A DNA stretch of 64,000 nucleotides, taken from Alphaproteobacteria bacterium. Its GTDB lineage: Bacteria; Pseudomonadota; Alphaproteobacteria; UBA7985; JAUIBT01. Numbering within the stretch: position 1 is the stretch's first letter; each line of letters starts with the position of its first letter. Under the pieces are notes generated by a model. The model saw nothing but the letters and a program-made list of their open reading frames with translations. It did no database searches and was not told the DNA's origin. The position numbers and the translations under genes are program-made. Shown piece by piece: positions 21,731 through 31,550 of the stretch. The stretch is taken from positions 5,045 through 69,044 of the forward strand of contig JAUIHE010000002.1 in assembly GCA_030432195.1 (NCBI GenBank), written 5' to 3'.

Positions 21731-21757
21731 CCTTTTGTCTGGTTTTAGACCAAAAGG
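21731..21757. promoter_or_regulatory. Hairpin CCTTTTGTCT-GGTTTT-AGACCAAAAGG just before the downstream ORF start
   Basis: Imperfect inverted repeat read directly; the AAGG arm ends right at ATG 21758. Confidence 0.4.
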
Positions 21758-23549
21758 ATGAATGCTCGATTTTCAAGTGTTATCGGTGAAATTTTCCCTA
21801 GAAATCAAATCCAAGCCGCAGCAGGTTTTGGCCTCGCTCTAATTTGGATGATGGTCGCCGCGTGCCTGGTTTGGACGCCTGCAGCGCAAGCAGGCCTCTA
21901 CAATGCAAGCCCAGAGGCCTGTCCAGCGAGCACAGATAAATTGAGTACCGCATCCACTGATTTGATTTCTGTCGGTGCGACACGGCTGAATCAAACCAGC
22001 TGCGATGCGGTCCAAACGGACACATTCGAAACCGCCACCGTCGCTCAACTGGGGGCCAAGGATCAGGTTCTGATCCAGCATAACGGCAACGATACAGCGG
22101 GCTCAATCAGCACCAATCGCCTGTACTTTATCTATGGTAAAAACGCTGTGAACTTTTCAGTTCGAACGGGCTGCGCGGATCCGGTGCCACACACCACGGG
22201 CGATTATCTCGACATTACTGATGCTGCGCAGTGGCCGGCTATTGTCACCTTTGATTACACGCCTGCGCGCGGCGCAAACGCAGGGGTTACAACATCGTTC
22301 TATTTCACCCTGCAACAGCCCGGCATCGTGAAGGCGAACCGTCTTGAGGGTTTTACGGTCCATGTTGGGACTTTCGGCCCTGATGATGATCCGGTCTGCA
22401 TCGCGCAAAAGCAAAAGCCCTTGGACGATCAAGAAAGCGCGGCTTCGTTGGGATCTTCCATTTGGAGCGGGCAGGTTGGTCAGATGGCGCAGCACCGAGC
22501 GAGCCAACGCATTCAGCGTGCGATGTCCGCTGGCGGCTCGGCAGAGGCGGGGGGCCTCATTTAGCGCGCTGGCAACCGCCAAGGCGCAGGGCTGGAGTGC
22601 ATTGGATAGCGACGAGGCGGTGGCGCTTTATCAAGATTGGGAAACCGGGCGCCTGACACGCAAGCTTGAGGGCTTGGACCTGCAAGCTTTGGGCAGCGAC
22701 ACGGCCAGCCTGGTCAAGGATTTGCTCGGCGATAACTCTGCCAGTGAGGCGCTCAATTGGTATACCGCCGGGGCCTATAGCGATTTTGGCAAGGCGGGGA
22801 TGGCTGGCTTTGACGGCTTTGCCCAGGTCTGGACCGCGGGCGCTGACTATCGGTTTTCCGGCGATTTTGTGCTGGGTGGCAACCTGAACTATGAGTACGG
22901 CAAGCTGGATTTTGATACGGCAGAAGACGGCCGTTTGACCAAGCAGGGTTGGCGCGCCGACGCCTATGCTGGTTGGACGCTTGGCGCTGGACTGGCGGGC
23001 GAGGGCCTGCTGTCTTACGGGCAGTTTGAAAACCAGATCATCACCAACTTTGACGAAGGCTGGAGCGATTCGCAGCGCTGGATGGCCTCGTTGGGTCTTG
23101 TGGGGGATCTCGATTGGCTGGGTGTTCGTGCGCGTCCCTACGGTAGGCTTGTTTACAGCAAAGAGACCTTCGATGCCTACGTCATAACTGGCGGCCAGAC
23201 GGTGCCCGGGTTTGATACCGAGTTTAGTCAGGTACAAGGTGGCCTTGAATTGAGGGCACCTCAGGCCGCCTTTTGGGGACTGGAACCCTATTTAGCGCTG
23301 CAGGGCGAATGGGATTGGCGGCATGCTGGCTCGCAAACTTTGGCCTCGGGTGCCGTTCTAGAGCCCGATGACTGGGGTCTGTCTTGGGTCATGGGGCTTA
23401 ATGGGCGCCTAGACGGCTTCTTGCCGGGCACCTGGTACGGGGGCCTTATGGAAGGCGCGTTGGTCGATGTCCGCCTGCAAAATTCGGACTTTGGGCGCGA
23501 TATCGACGCGCGCAGCCTGCAATGGAGCCTTACCATTCCTTTGGATTAG
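21758..23549 (+). pseudogene. Autotransporter-like/outer-membrane beta-barrel protein split between two frames
   Basis: ORF 21758-22564 (signal-like LIWMMVAACLVWTPAAQA plus secreted region) meets ORF 22344-23549 (alternating beta-strand C-terminal domain) in another frame at a G6 run (22549-22554). Removing one G gives a continuous ORF ..AEAGASFSALATAKAQGW.. Could be pseudogene, phase-variable or sequencing error. Confidence 0.65.
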
Positions 23550-23663
23550 GCACAGAAGGAAAGGGCTGGCGACGGCGCGCCTGCGCCCGCCCGAGACACG
23601 CAAAGCCAAGAAGGTTCGCGCAGGACTTTGACCAGGCTTGCGAACTTGTCTATGCCTTGTGCC

Positions 23664-24665
23664 ATGAACGACGCGACACCCCAATCTGGCCGCTCTAGTA
23701 CCAGCAGCCCAGCCCCGATTGATCCTTTGGCTGATGCCCTGATAGCCCCTTTTTTGCAGGCCTTGCATGCGCGTGGACGCTTGCGGGTCTGGTCGATCGT
23801 AATCACCATATTCGGCGATTTGGTGCAGCCGCGCAGCCAGCCGGGGGCGCCTGCACGTTTGGCCTTTTCTGACCTTGGCCGCCTTACGGATAGTTTGGGA
23901 ATAGCGCCCGGTGCGCTGCGCACAGCGATATCACGGCTGACCAAAGAAGGATGGCTGGAGCGTCACAAGACCGGCCGCAATGCCTGGTATCAACTGAGCG
24001 ACAGCGGCGCGTCCAGCACCATGAGCGCAGGACAGCGGATCTACGCTGATAACACCGCCTCTTCTGTCGAGCGCTGGCGTTTGGAGGTCTACAAGAACCC
24101 TGAGCTGGCAGCGTCTGCCGCTTTGACGAGCCCGCACATTCCGCTCGGCGATCAACTGGTCTTGACGCCAATAGGGGCCAGCCAAGGCCACAAATCGGTT
24201 CAAGCAAGGGGCCAATCACGGGGCCAATCACGGGACCAAGACGCGAACCCAATCGGCGGTGGCGCGACCTTGGTATTCGAAGGCACCATCACCGCGCTGC
24301 CGGATTGGTTGCAAGACAGCCTTGTCGATCCTGGTGTCACCCAAGACTATCGCGAGTTGGCAACGCTGCTGACGGCGCTGGCTGATGACAAAACGCGACT
24401 TGAGGCCTTGGCACCACACGAGGCGACGGTTTTGCGCTGCCTCTTATTGCATTTTTGGCGCCGTTTGGTCCTAAAGCATCGCCCCCTGCCTGCAAGCCTG
24501 TTGCCCAGGGATTGGCCCGGTCTGCGGTGCCGTGAGCTGTTGCCCCCCCTCTATCAGGCGCTGTGGTCGGCAAGCGAGGCTTGGGTCGATGCGGCGGGAT
24601 TGGCGCCAAGGCCAGCGGGGCAGGGGTTACCCTTCACCCAAACGGTCAAAAGGTCGGATAGGTAG
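23664..24665 (+). CDS. paaX: PaaX-family transcriptional repressor of phenylacetate degradation
   Basis: SIVITIFGDLVQPR..GALRTAISRLTKEGWLERHKTGRNAWYQLSDSG; directly upstream of paaA; ORF 23628-24665, possible start at 23664. Confidence 0.88.
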   Translation: MNDATPQSGRSSTSSPAPIDPLADALIAPFLQALHARGRLRVWSIVITIFGDLVQPRSQPGAPARLAFSDLGRLTDSLGIAPGALRTAISRLTKEGWLERHKTGRNAWYQLSDSGASSTMSAGQRIYADNTASSVERWRLEVYKNPELAASAALTSPHIPLGDQLVLTPIGASQGHKSVQARGQSRGQSRDQDANPIGGGATLVFEGTITALPDWLQDSLVDPGVTQDYRELATLLTALADDKTRLEALAPHEATVLRCLLLHFWRRLVLKHRPLPASLLPRDWPGLRCRELLPPLYQALWSASEAWVDAAGLAPRPAGQGLPFTQTVKRSDR

Positions 24666-24679
24666 TTCTCCTTGCGAAA

Positions 24680-24716
24680 TGTTACGAAATAATTTGACGA
24701 AGGTATTTTCGTAACA
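24680..24716. promoter_or_regulatory. Inverted repeat TGTTACGAAA-N17-TTTTCGTAACA-type operator over a sigma70-like promoter (TTGACG-17-TATGAT)
   Basis: TGTTACGAAATAATTTGACGAAGGTATTTTCGTAACA followed at once by TATGAT; same half-sites at 34174-34211. Confidence 0.75.
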
Positions 24717-24751
24717 TATGATGTTTCTCATCAACCATGGGGAGAGGCGAT

Positions 24752-25759
24752 ATGTACAGCCAGGGCCTGATTGGCGCCAACACCAGCACCGATGAAGCGC
24801 CAGAGTTTCTGGAAGCTTTTCAAGCGCGCATCGACGCTGAAGAAAAGATTGAGCCCAACGACGCGATGCCAGCGGGCTACCGCAAGACGCTGATCCGTCA
24901 AATCGGCCAGCACGCGCACTCAGAAATCGTCGGCATGTTGCCGGAAGGTAACTGGATTACCCGCGCGCCCAGCTTGCGCCGCAAGGCGGCCCTTTTGGCC
25001 AAAGTGCAAGATGAAGGCGGCCACGGGCTTTATCTCTATTCTGCTGCGGAGACCCTGGGCGTTTCGCGGGAGCAGATGACCGAAGAACTGCTGAGCGGCA
25101 AGGCCAAGTATTCGTCGATCTTCAACTATCCGACCCTGACCTGGGCGGATATCGGTGCGATTGGCTGGCTGGTCGATGGCGCGGCGATTATGAACCAAAT
25201 CCCGCTGTGCCGCTGCTCGTTTGGCCCCTATGCCCGCGCCATGATCCGCGTCTGCAAGGAGGAGAGCTTCCACCAGCGCCAGGGTTATGAAATCATGACG
25301 GTATTGGCACAAGGCAGCGCAGAACAAAAGGAAATGGCGCAGGACGCGTTGAACCGCTGGTGGTGGCCGTCACTGATGATGTTCGGGCCGCACGATGCGG
25401 ACAGTCAACACGGCGACCAATCTATGGCCTGGAAGATCAAGCGCTTTACCAACGATGAGCTGCGTCAGAAGTTCGTCGATGCGACCGTGCCGCAAGCCCA
25501 ATATCTGGGGCTGAGCTTGCCCGACGACCAGTTGGTCTGGAACCCGGACAAGAACGACGGCAAAGGCGGCTATGACTTTGGCCCGATCGACTGGAACGAG
25601 TTTTGGACCGTCGTCAAAGGCAATGGCATCATGAACAAGGATCGCATGCGCGCGCGCAAGAAAGCCTGGGATGAAGGCGCTTGGGTACGCGATGCCGCTC
25701 TGGCCCATGCCGAAAAGCAGCGCCAGCGCCAGGCCGACACCGCAATCGCCGCGGAATAG
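24752..25759 (+). CDS. paaA: 1,2-phenylacetyl-CoA epoxidase subunit A
   Basis: [45 protein letters not shown]-type diiron motif ([15 protein letters not shown]). Confidence 0.96.
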   Translation: MYSQGLIGANTSTDEAPEFLEAFQARIDAEEKIEPNDAMPAGYRKTLIRQIGQHAHSEIVGMLPEGNWITRAPSLRRKAALLAKVQDEGGHGLYLYSAAETLGVSREQMTEELLSGKAKYSSIFNYPTLTWADIGAIGWLVDGAAIMNQIPLCRCSFGPYARAMIRVCKEESFHQRQGYEIMTVLAQGSAEQKEMAQDALNRWWWPSLMMFGPHDADSQHGDQSMAWKIKRFTNDELRQKFVDATVPQAQYLGLSLPDDQLVWNPDKNDGKGGYDFGPIDWNEFWTVVKGNGIMNKDRMRARKKAWDEGAWVRDAALAHAEKQRQRQADTAIAAE

Positions 25760-25827
25760 GTCCACGATCTAACGAACCCGAAATTCGGACTATTGAGCTG
25801 CCAAGAACGGCGGCAAGAGGAAAAGCT

Positions 25828-26112
25828 ATGACCCAGCACACCCCCCTTTGGGAAGTTTTCATTCGCCCGCGTAACGGCTTGTCTCACCGTCACTGTGGCT
25901 CGGTTCATGCCGCAGACGCCAGCCTGGCTCTGCAAGCCGCGCGCGATGTCTATACGCGCCGCGGCGAGGGCTTGTCGATCTGGGTCATTCCCTCGGCTCA
26001 AATCGTGGCCTCCGACCCGCAGGACAAGGACGAGCTGTTCGCTCCGGCCGAAGATAAGGTCTATCGCCACCCGACCTTCTATGAAGTTCCCGAAGAAGTG
26101 GGGCACATGTAA
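25828..26112 (+). CDS. paaB: 1,2-phenylacetyl-CoA epoxidase subunit B
   Basis: PLWEVFIRPRNGLSHRHCGSVHAADASLALQAARDVYTRRGEGLSIWVIPS; between paaA and paaC. Confidence 0.95.
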   Translation: MTQHTPLWEVFIRPRNGLSHRHCGSVHAADASLALQAARDVYTRRGEGLSIWVIPSAQIVASDPQDKDELFAPAEDKVYRHPTFYEVPEEVGHM

Positions 26113-26870
26113 TGGGCGCCGCAACTCCGCTGTATACTTTTGTGCTGCGTTTGGCTGACGACCATCTGATTTTGGGCCAGCGCGTGTCTGAGCTGTGTGG
26201 CCATGCGCCCATGCTGGAAGAAGATATGGCGCTGCCAAATATCGGCTTGGACTTGCTGGGCCAGGCGCGCGCGCTCTACACCTATGCCGCCGAGCTGCAA
26301 GGCGAAGGCAAGAGCGAAGACGACTTGGCTTTTTGCCGCCTGGAGCGCGACTATGTGAACGCGCTGTTGGTTGAGCGGCCCAATCTGGATTTTGCTCATA
26401 CCATTGTGCGTCACTTGCTGCACGCCCTGTTCGTACAGCAGTTGTGGCAGGCTTTGCAGGGCTCCAGCGATGCCACCTTGGCAGCGGTTGCGGGCAAGGC
26501 CGCCAAGGAGACCGCCTACCACGTGCGCCACACCAGCGAGTGGCTCATCCGTTTGGGTGACGGCACGGACGAGAGCCATGAACGGGCGCAAGAGGCACTG
26601 GACATCTTGATGCCCTACGCCAAGGAGCTGTTCGAGGATGATGCGACGACCCAGGCCCTGGCCGCCCAGGGCGTCGCGCCCTTGCCGTCGTCCTTGTATG
26701 AAGCTTGGTCGCAGCGCCTGGACGAAATCTTGTCCATGGCGACCTTGAGCCGCCCCGATTTGACCCTAGGCCTTAGCGGTGGTCGTCAAGGAAGGCACAC
26801 TGAGGAGATGGGCCACGTGCTGGCCGAGCTCCAGTTTATGCAGCGCGCCTATCCCGGCTTGAGCTGGTAG
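26112..26870 (+). CDS. paaC: 1,2-phenylacetyl-CoA epoxidase subunit C
   Basis: LADDHLILGQRVSELCGHAPMLEEDMALPNIGLDLLGQARALYTYAAE. Confidence 0.95.
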   Translation: MGAATPLYTFVLRLADDHLILGQRVSELCGHAPMLEEDMALPNIGLDLLGQARALYTYAAELQGEGKSEDDLAFCRLERDYVNALLVERPNLDFAHTIVRHLLHALFVQQLWQALQGSSDATLAAVAGKAAKETAYHVRHTSEWLIRLGDGTDESHERAQEALDILMPYAKELFEDDATTQALAAQGVAPLPSSLYEAWSQRLDEILSMATLSRPDLTLGLSGGRQGRHTEEMGHVLAELQFMQRAYPGLSW

Positions 26871-26887
26871 CGGAAAGGGCCTGCGTC

Positions 26888-27409
26888 ATGGTGGACAGCA
26901 GTCTTTCGACCCAGCACAAAAGCGGTGAAGAGCTGACCCAAGCAAGGGCTTGGGCTGCCGCGGCCGCAGTGCCTGATCCAGAGATCCCGGTCGTCACGGT
27001 TGCGGATCTTGGTATTTTGCGCGCAGTCGAGCTGAGCGATGGCGTGGCTGTCGCTAAGGTCAGCCCAACTTACACCGGCTGCCCAGCCGTACTGGCCATT
27101 GAAATGGCGATCGAAGCAGCGTTGCGCGAGGCTGGGTTTGACGCGCGTATTGAGCGGGTGATCGCGCCGGCCTGGTCGACGGATTGGATCACGGACGAAG
27201 GGCGCGAAAAGCTGCGCGCCTACGGTATCGCGCCACCCGCCAAAACCAGCAGTTCAAAGCGGGCGCTATTCGATGTCGAACCGGCAGCCTGTCCGCGCTG
27301 TAACTCGCAGAACAGCGAACGCTTGTCTGAGTTTGGTGCCACGCCGTGCAAGGCCATGTACCGATGCTTGGACTGCCGCGAACCCTTTGAAGCTTTTAAG
27401 TGCCTGTAA
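26888..27409 (+). CDS. paaD: 1,2-phenylacetyl-CoA epoxidase subunit D
   Basis: VPDPEIPVVTVADLGILRAV, TGCPA, C-terminal CPRCNSQNSERLSEFGATPCKAMYRCLDCREPFEAFKCL. Confidence 0.95.
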   Translation: MVDSSLSTQHKSGEELTQARAWAAAAAVPDPEIPVVTVADLGILRAVELSDGVAVAKVSPTYTGCPAVLAIEMAIEAALREAGFDARIERVIAPAWSTDWITDEGREKLRAYGIAPPAKTSSSKRALFDVEPAACPRCNSQNSERLSEFGATPCKAMYRCLDCREPFEAFKCL

Positions 27410-27481
27410 ATACGCTGTTGTAGCCAGGCCCTTGCCCAAAATTCCCGCGCTCGTTGGCGCCGATAAAAGAGGAAAACCACC

Positions 27482-28558
27482 ATGGCGAGCCACGATTTTC
27501 ACGCCCTGACCCTTGCCGAGGTCGCGCCGCTGACCGATGAAGCGGTGACCCTGGCCTTTGACCTGCCCCAGGACCTGAGTGAGGACTTTCGCTTTACGCC
27601 CGGTCAATATCTGACACTGCGTGCTGATATTGACGGGCAGGAAGTCCGGCGCTCTTATTCGATTTGCTCCCCTGTGGGATCGGCTCAACTGCGCGTCGGT
27701 ATCAAGCGTCTGGACGGCGGTCGCTTTTCGACCTTCGCCAATAGCCTGAAGGCTGGCGATCAGATTGAGGTTATGCCGCCGCAGGGCCGGTTTACGGCTC
27801 CCTTGGGCGGCGCCAACCACTACCTTTTGCTGGCGGCGGGCTCGGGCATTACCCCGATGATGTCGATTGCGGCCTCCGTGTTGGAAAATGAACCGGACAG
27901 CCAGGTGACCTTGTTGTTTGGCAATCGCTCGACGGCTTCTATAATGTTCCGTGAACAGCTTGAGGACCTCAAAGACCGCTATATGACGCGCTTTACGGTC
28001 ATGCACGTGCTGGCCCGTGAGCGCCAGGAGCTGGAGTTGTTCAACGGCCGTTTGAATGGCGACAAGCTGACGACGCTAAAAGAGCGCGGCCTCTTGGAAT
28101 TGTCGGATTATTCGGCTGCCTACATCTGTGGCCCCGCGGCGATGATCGAAGAATGCGCGGACTGGCTGGCGGGGCAAGGCATGGACAAGGCCAAGATCAA
28201 AACCGAATTGTTCACGCCCGCGCCCGGCAGCGCTGCTAAGGCGGCAGCGGTGGCTGTGGCGGTCGATCCCAATGCCGAGGCGACCGCTATTCAGGTCATG
28301 ATCGACGGCTCAACCCGCTTATTTGACCAACGGCCCGGCGAAAACTATCTGGACGCCGCCAAGCGCAACGGGGTGAGCGTGCCCTATTCTTGTGCCAACG
28401 GGATGTGCGCGACCTGCCGCTGCCAGGTGGTCGAGGGCGAAGCCGAAATGAAGCAAAACTTCTCCTTAGAAGATTGGGAAGTGGACAGCGGCTTCCTGCT
28501 GTCTTGCCAGTTGGTGCCCAAGTCTAAAAACCTGGTGCTGGACTACGACGCGCTCTAA
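27482..28558 (+). CDS. paaE: 1,2-phenylacetyl-CoA epoxidase reductase subunit E
   Basis: FNR-like domain plus C-terminal 2Fe-2S ferredoxin motif VPYSCANGMCATCRCQVVEG. Confidence 0.95.
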   Translation: MASHDFHALTLAEVAPLTDEAVTLAFDLPQDLSEDFRFTPGQYLTLRADIDGQEVRRSYSICSPVGSAQLRVGIKRLDGGRFSTFANSLKAGDQIEVMPPQGRFTAPLGGANHYLLLAAGSGITPMMSIAASVLENEPDSQVTLLFGNRSTASIMFREQLEDLKDRYMTRFTVMHVLARERQELELFNGRLNGDKLTTLKERGLLELSDYSAAYICGPAAMIEECADWLAGQGMDKAKIKTELFTPAPGSAAKAAAVAVAVDPNAEATAIQVMIDGSTRLFDQRPGENYLDAAKRNGVSVPYSCANGMCATCRCQVVEGEAEMKQNFSLEDWEVDSGFLLSCQLVPKSKNLVLDYDAL

Positions 28559-28586
28559 AACGCTATTTTCCAGGGGGGGCAAACAC

Positions 28587-29006
28587 ATGACCTACACATT
28601 AGACGATGCTCAAGAGTTTTTGGATCGGCTGGCGCCCTTTGCTGCGCGGCTGAACTATCAAATGACCGCGCTTGAGCCCGGCAACCTTCAAGTGCGCATT
28701 CCCAAGAATGCCGAGTTGGGGCGCGATATCGGCATTTTCTGCGGTCAAGCGGTCATGACTGCGGCCGACAGCTTGGGTCCGATCTGCGTCGCCAGCGCAG
28801 CGGGCGCCTATCGTGATATGACCACGGTAGATTTTTCCTGCCATTTCCTGAGGGCACTGCCGGTCGAAGATATTGACGTTGAGGTCAGCTTGATTAAGGG
28901 CGGTCGGCAAATATCGGTCGTTCGGGTCGAGTTTCGCGCGGCAGGCGACGAGCGCCTGGCGGCGTTTGCGACCGTGACCTATATGTATTTGCCTCAGCGC
29001 GATTAG
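28587..29006 (+). CDS. Hotdog-fold (PaaI/YbgC-like) thioesterase family protein
   Basis: NLQVRIPKNAELGRDIGIFCGQAVMTAADSLG; small ORF directly after paaE. Confidence 0.6.
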   Translation: MTYTLDDAQEFLDRLAPFAARLNYQMTALEPGNLQVRIPKNAELGRDIGIFCGQAVMTAADSLGPICVASAAGAYRDMTTVDFSCHFLRALPVEDIDVEVSLIKGGRQISVVRVEFRAAGDERLAAFATVTYMYLPQRD

Positions 29007-29030
29007 GAAGGATTGGGCACGGGCCGGTTT

Positions 29031-29129
29031 GGGTTCCAGGCTTGGCTAAGGGCTTCCAGGCTTGCGCAGGGGCTTCCTTCCAGGCTTGCCAGGGCCTTCC
29101 AGACCTGCCAGGGCCTTCCAGGCTTGCCA
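29031..29129. repeat. About five tandem copies of a 19-22 bp unit (GGGCCTTCCAGGCTTGCCA)
   Basis: Read directly between the ORF ending at 29006 and the cupin gene. Confidence 0.85.
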
Positions 29130-29197
29130 GAGGGCAGCCAGGCGCCTAGCCTAGCGGGAGTTTTCCCCACCTGGAGGCGCTTGTGCCACACCGACTC

Positions 29198-29617
29198 ATG
29201 TTTTCAGGCCTGTCATTTGGCCTGCTTGCGGCTAGCCTAGCCGGGGCGGGTTTTAGCCAGGATCGCTATCCGCCCTTGGATGTTCTGCTGAGCAGCGGCG
29301 AGACCATTATCCAACAAAAGTTGGTCTATCCAGAAGGCCCGGCGGTTATCACCTCAGCCATCGTCACCATGCAACCGGGCGCTAGCACGGGCTGGCATCG
29401 CCATGATGCTCCGCTGTTTGCCTGGATGCTGGAAGGCGAGCTGACTGTCGATTACGGTGCTGACGGCGTGAAGGTCTACAAGGCAGGCGACGCCTTTATC
29501 GAAGCCTTCAAGACCTCTCACAACGGCACCAATACGGGCACAGGCCCGGCCCGCGTACTGGCGGTCTTTGCGGGCGCAGAAGGCACGGCGAACACCGTCG
29601 TTGAGGCTGCGAACTAG
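29198..29617 (+). CDS. Cupin-domain protein, probably exported
   Basis: MFSGLSFGLLAASLAGAG..; GASTGWHRHDAPLFAWMLEGELTVDYG..YKAGDAFIEAFKTSHNGTN. Confidence 0.8.
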   Translation: MFSGLSFGLLAASLAGAGFSQDRYPPLDVLLSSGETIIQQKLVYPEGPAVITSAIVTMQPGASTGWHRHDAPLFAWMLEGELTVDYGADGVKVYKAGDAFIEAFKTSHNGTNTGTGPARVLAVFAGAEGTANTVVEAAN

Positions 29618-30725
29618 CATCAGCTTGCACCGGCGCCGTGTTGTGTCCGTGGGGGGCAAGTTGGGCATCATAGCAGGTCTGGGGGTCGGCAATATGGCTG
29701 CGCTGGAGGCCGCCGAAGGGCAAGCGAAGGCGCCGCACCGCCTTCATGTTCCAGCAGAAGAAGAGCCGCACGAGTTGACCTTCATGCAGTGGCCGGTCAA
29801 TCGCAGCGTCTATCCCGACGGGTCATTTTTGGCGGTACTTCAACAGACTATCGCCGACATTGCCAACGCTATCAGCGAGTTCGAGCCGGTCGTTATGCTG
29901 GCTGCTGCAGCGCATCACAACAGGGCACGGCGCAAGCTCTCCGGCCGGGTCGAGCTGTGGGATGTGGCGACCGACGACCTGTGGTGCCGGGATTCTGGCC
30001 CCTTGATCGCAAAGGCCGCCAACGGTCAGCGCGTGGTCTGTCACCTGAAATTCAACGGTTGGGGCGCCAAGCAGCAGCATAAGAACGATGGCAGGATCGC
30101 CGCGAGGATCGCCGATCGTTTGAGCATGCCGCTGGTGGCCAGTGGCTTGATAGGTGAGGCGGGGGGCGTTGAGCACGACGGGCAGGGGCTGTTAATGGCC
30201 CACGAGAGTTCTTGGCTAAACGCCAACCGCAATCCGGGCCTCAGTCGGTCACAGATCGAGGCGCGCTTGCTGGCAGCCTATGGCACCGAGCAGATGATTT
30301 GGGCGCCGGGAGTTTGGGGCGAGGATATCACCGACTACCATATCGACAGCCTGGCCAGGTTCACCGGTCCAGGGCGGGTGCTCGTTAATTTGCCCGATGC
30401 CCCGATGATGAGCGACCCGTTTCACAAGGCAGCGTTGGAGACCCACGCGGCTCTAGTGAAGGCTGGCCTTGTGGTGACGGTCATTCCAGAGCCTGAGGTT
30501 CGGCGGGTCGAGAGCAAGGATTTTGTCGCCTCCTATGCCAATTTCTATGTCTGTAACGCGGCGGTTATTGCCGCCGAATTTGGCGACCCAACCGCGGACG
30601 CAGTGGCGGTGGCTGCTTTGCAGCGCCACTATCCGGGCCGCCAGGTTGTCACCTTGAATGTGGACGCGCTGGGGGAGGTTGGTGGCGGTATTCACTGCTC
30701 TACCCAGCAACCGCCCCAGGCCTAG
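29568..30725 (+). CDS. Agmatine deiminase / peptidylarginine deiminase family protein
   Basis: LTFMQWPVNRSVYPD.., DLWCRDSGPLI, AGGVEHDGQGLLMAHESSWLNANRN, DALGEVGGGIHCSTQQ (catalytic Cys region). True start probably near 29640. Confidence 0.88.
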   Translation: MRAQKARRTPSLRLRTSISLHRRRVVSVGGKLGIIAGLGVGNMAALEAAEGQAKAPHRLHVPAEEEPHELTFMQWPVNRSVYPDGSFLAVLQQTIADIANAISEFEPVVMLAAAAHHNRARRKLSGRVELWDVATDDLWCRDSGPLIAKAANGQRVVCHLKFNGWGAKQQHKNDGRIAARIADRLSMPLVASGLIGEAGGVEHDGQGLLMAHESSWLNANRNPGLSRSQIEARLLAAYGTEQMIWAPGVWGEDITDYHIDSLARFTGPGRVLVNLPDAPMMSDPFHKAALETHAALVKAGLVVTVIPEPEVRRVESKDFVASYANFYVCNAAVIAAEFGDPTADAVAVAALQRHYPGRQVVTLNVDALGEVGGGIHCSTQQPPQA

Positions 30726-30754
30726 GGTGGCGCTCGGCATTTTCTGCCACCTAG
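30722..30754 (+). terminator. Hairpin after the deiminase gene (no clear U tract)
   Basis: CTAGGGTGGC...GCCACCTAG. Confidence 0.35.
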
Positions 30755-30893
30755 AGCGGGTTTCGTTGAATTGCATTCACAGGGCGCGCTCACTCCATTT
30801 GATATTGACGCAAATGCGCATTGCGGATCTTTGGCGCAACCAAGGGCGATTGCTCGGGCTTTGCGCTAGGATGGCACCTGGCATTGGCCGCCA

Positions 30894-31002
30894 CTAGAGC
30901 AAGCCGCGAATGATTGGCACTACGCATGAGCATGGACTGGCATTAGAAATCAGTCAGCTAGAGCGGAAGGGCTGTCGCAACGACAGGGCCCGACGCTCTG
31001 AG
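30894..31002. repeat. Dispersed ~108 bp repeat, copy 2
   Basis: CTAGAGCAAGCCGCGAATGATTGGCACTACGCATGAGCATGGACTGGCATTAGAAATCAGTCAGCTAGAGCGGAAGGGCTGTCGCAACGACAGGGCCCGACGCTCTGAG. Confidence 0.92.
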
Positions 31003-31071
31003 CCTGCTTTGGTTTGTTGGTGTGTGCCGAGCCTGCTGCCATATCCATGGTGAAGTGGCACCCTGCTGCTC

Positions 31072-31136
31072 GGGTTTGCTCTAGCCCGGCAAGGGTTTGC
31101 TCTAGCCCGGCAAGGGTTTGTGCCGGGCCCGGCGAA
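31072..31136. repeat. Tandem 21 bp repeat (GGGTTTGCTCTAGCCCGGCAA), 2 exact copies plus a degenerate third
   Basis: Read directly. Confidence 0.85.
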
Positions 31137-31411
31137 GGATCTGTGCGGAAGATATGGGTGAGGGATCTGAGGGATCTGGGTGGGGATCTGGGTGAGGGTT
31201 GGGCCTGCCGTTTTTGGCCCGGACCTGGTTCGGATGCGGTCAACAGACGCCGCAAAATAGGGGAGTTTTGCGTAGAACTTTACGCCTAGGTCGATGGTCA
31301 TACGGTCAAAATGACACGCCGGACGACGATTCGCCCCCACCTAATGGCGGCCATGATGACCCCCAATCCGCAAGGATGCCCCCACCCAGCGCACAAATGG
31401 GATTCTTGTGC

Positions 31412-31450
31412 TATACCGTAGGGTATACTTGCGCTATACCGGAGGGTATA
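31412..31450. promoter_or_regulatory. Two tandem palindromes TATACCGTAGGGTATA and TATACCGGAGGGTATA, centres 23 bp apart
   Basis: Read directly at 31412-31427 and 31435-31450, upstream of the cupredoxin gene; resembles CsoR-family GC-rich-centre operators. Confidence 0.6.
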
Positions 31451-31550
31451 AATGCTTAGGCCGTTGGTCATATGACGAAGGTTTACCCCTGGTATCAAAG
31501 CAAAATGCGGTTGCCCTTGCTCGAAAAACGATTGTTCATGAGGTCACCAA

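Noticed and set aside
24218-24242. Short GGCCAATCACGGG duplication in paaX coding SRGQSRGQSRDQD.
   Set aside because: Two copies in frame within a coding sequence; probably ordinary slippage.
30954-31340. Minus-strand ORF with RARANPCRARANP repeats.
   Set aside because: Generated by the 21 bp intergenic tandem repeat; begins in the dispersed repeat.
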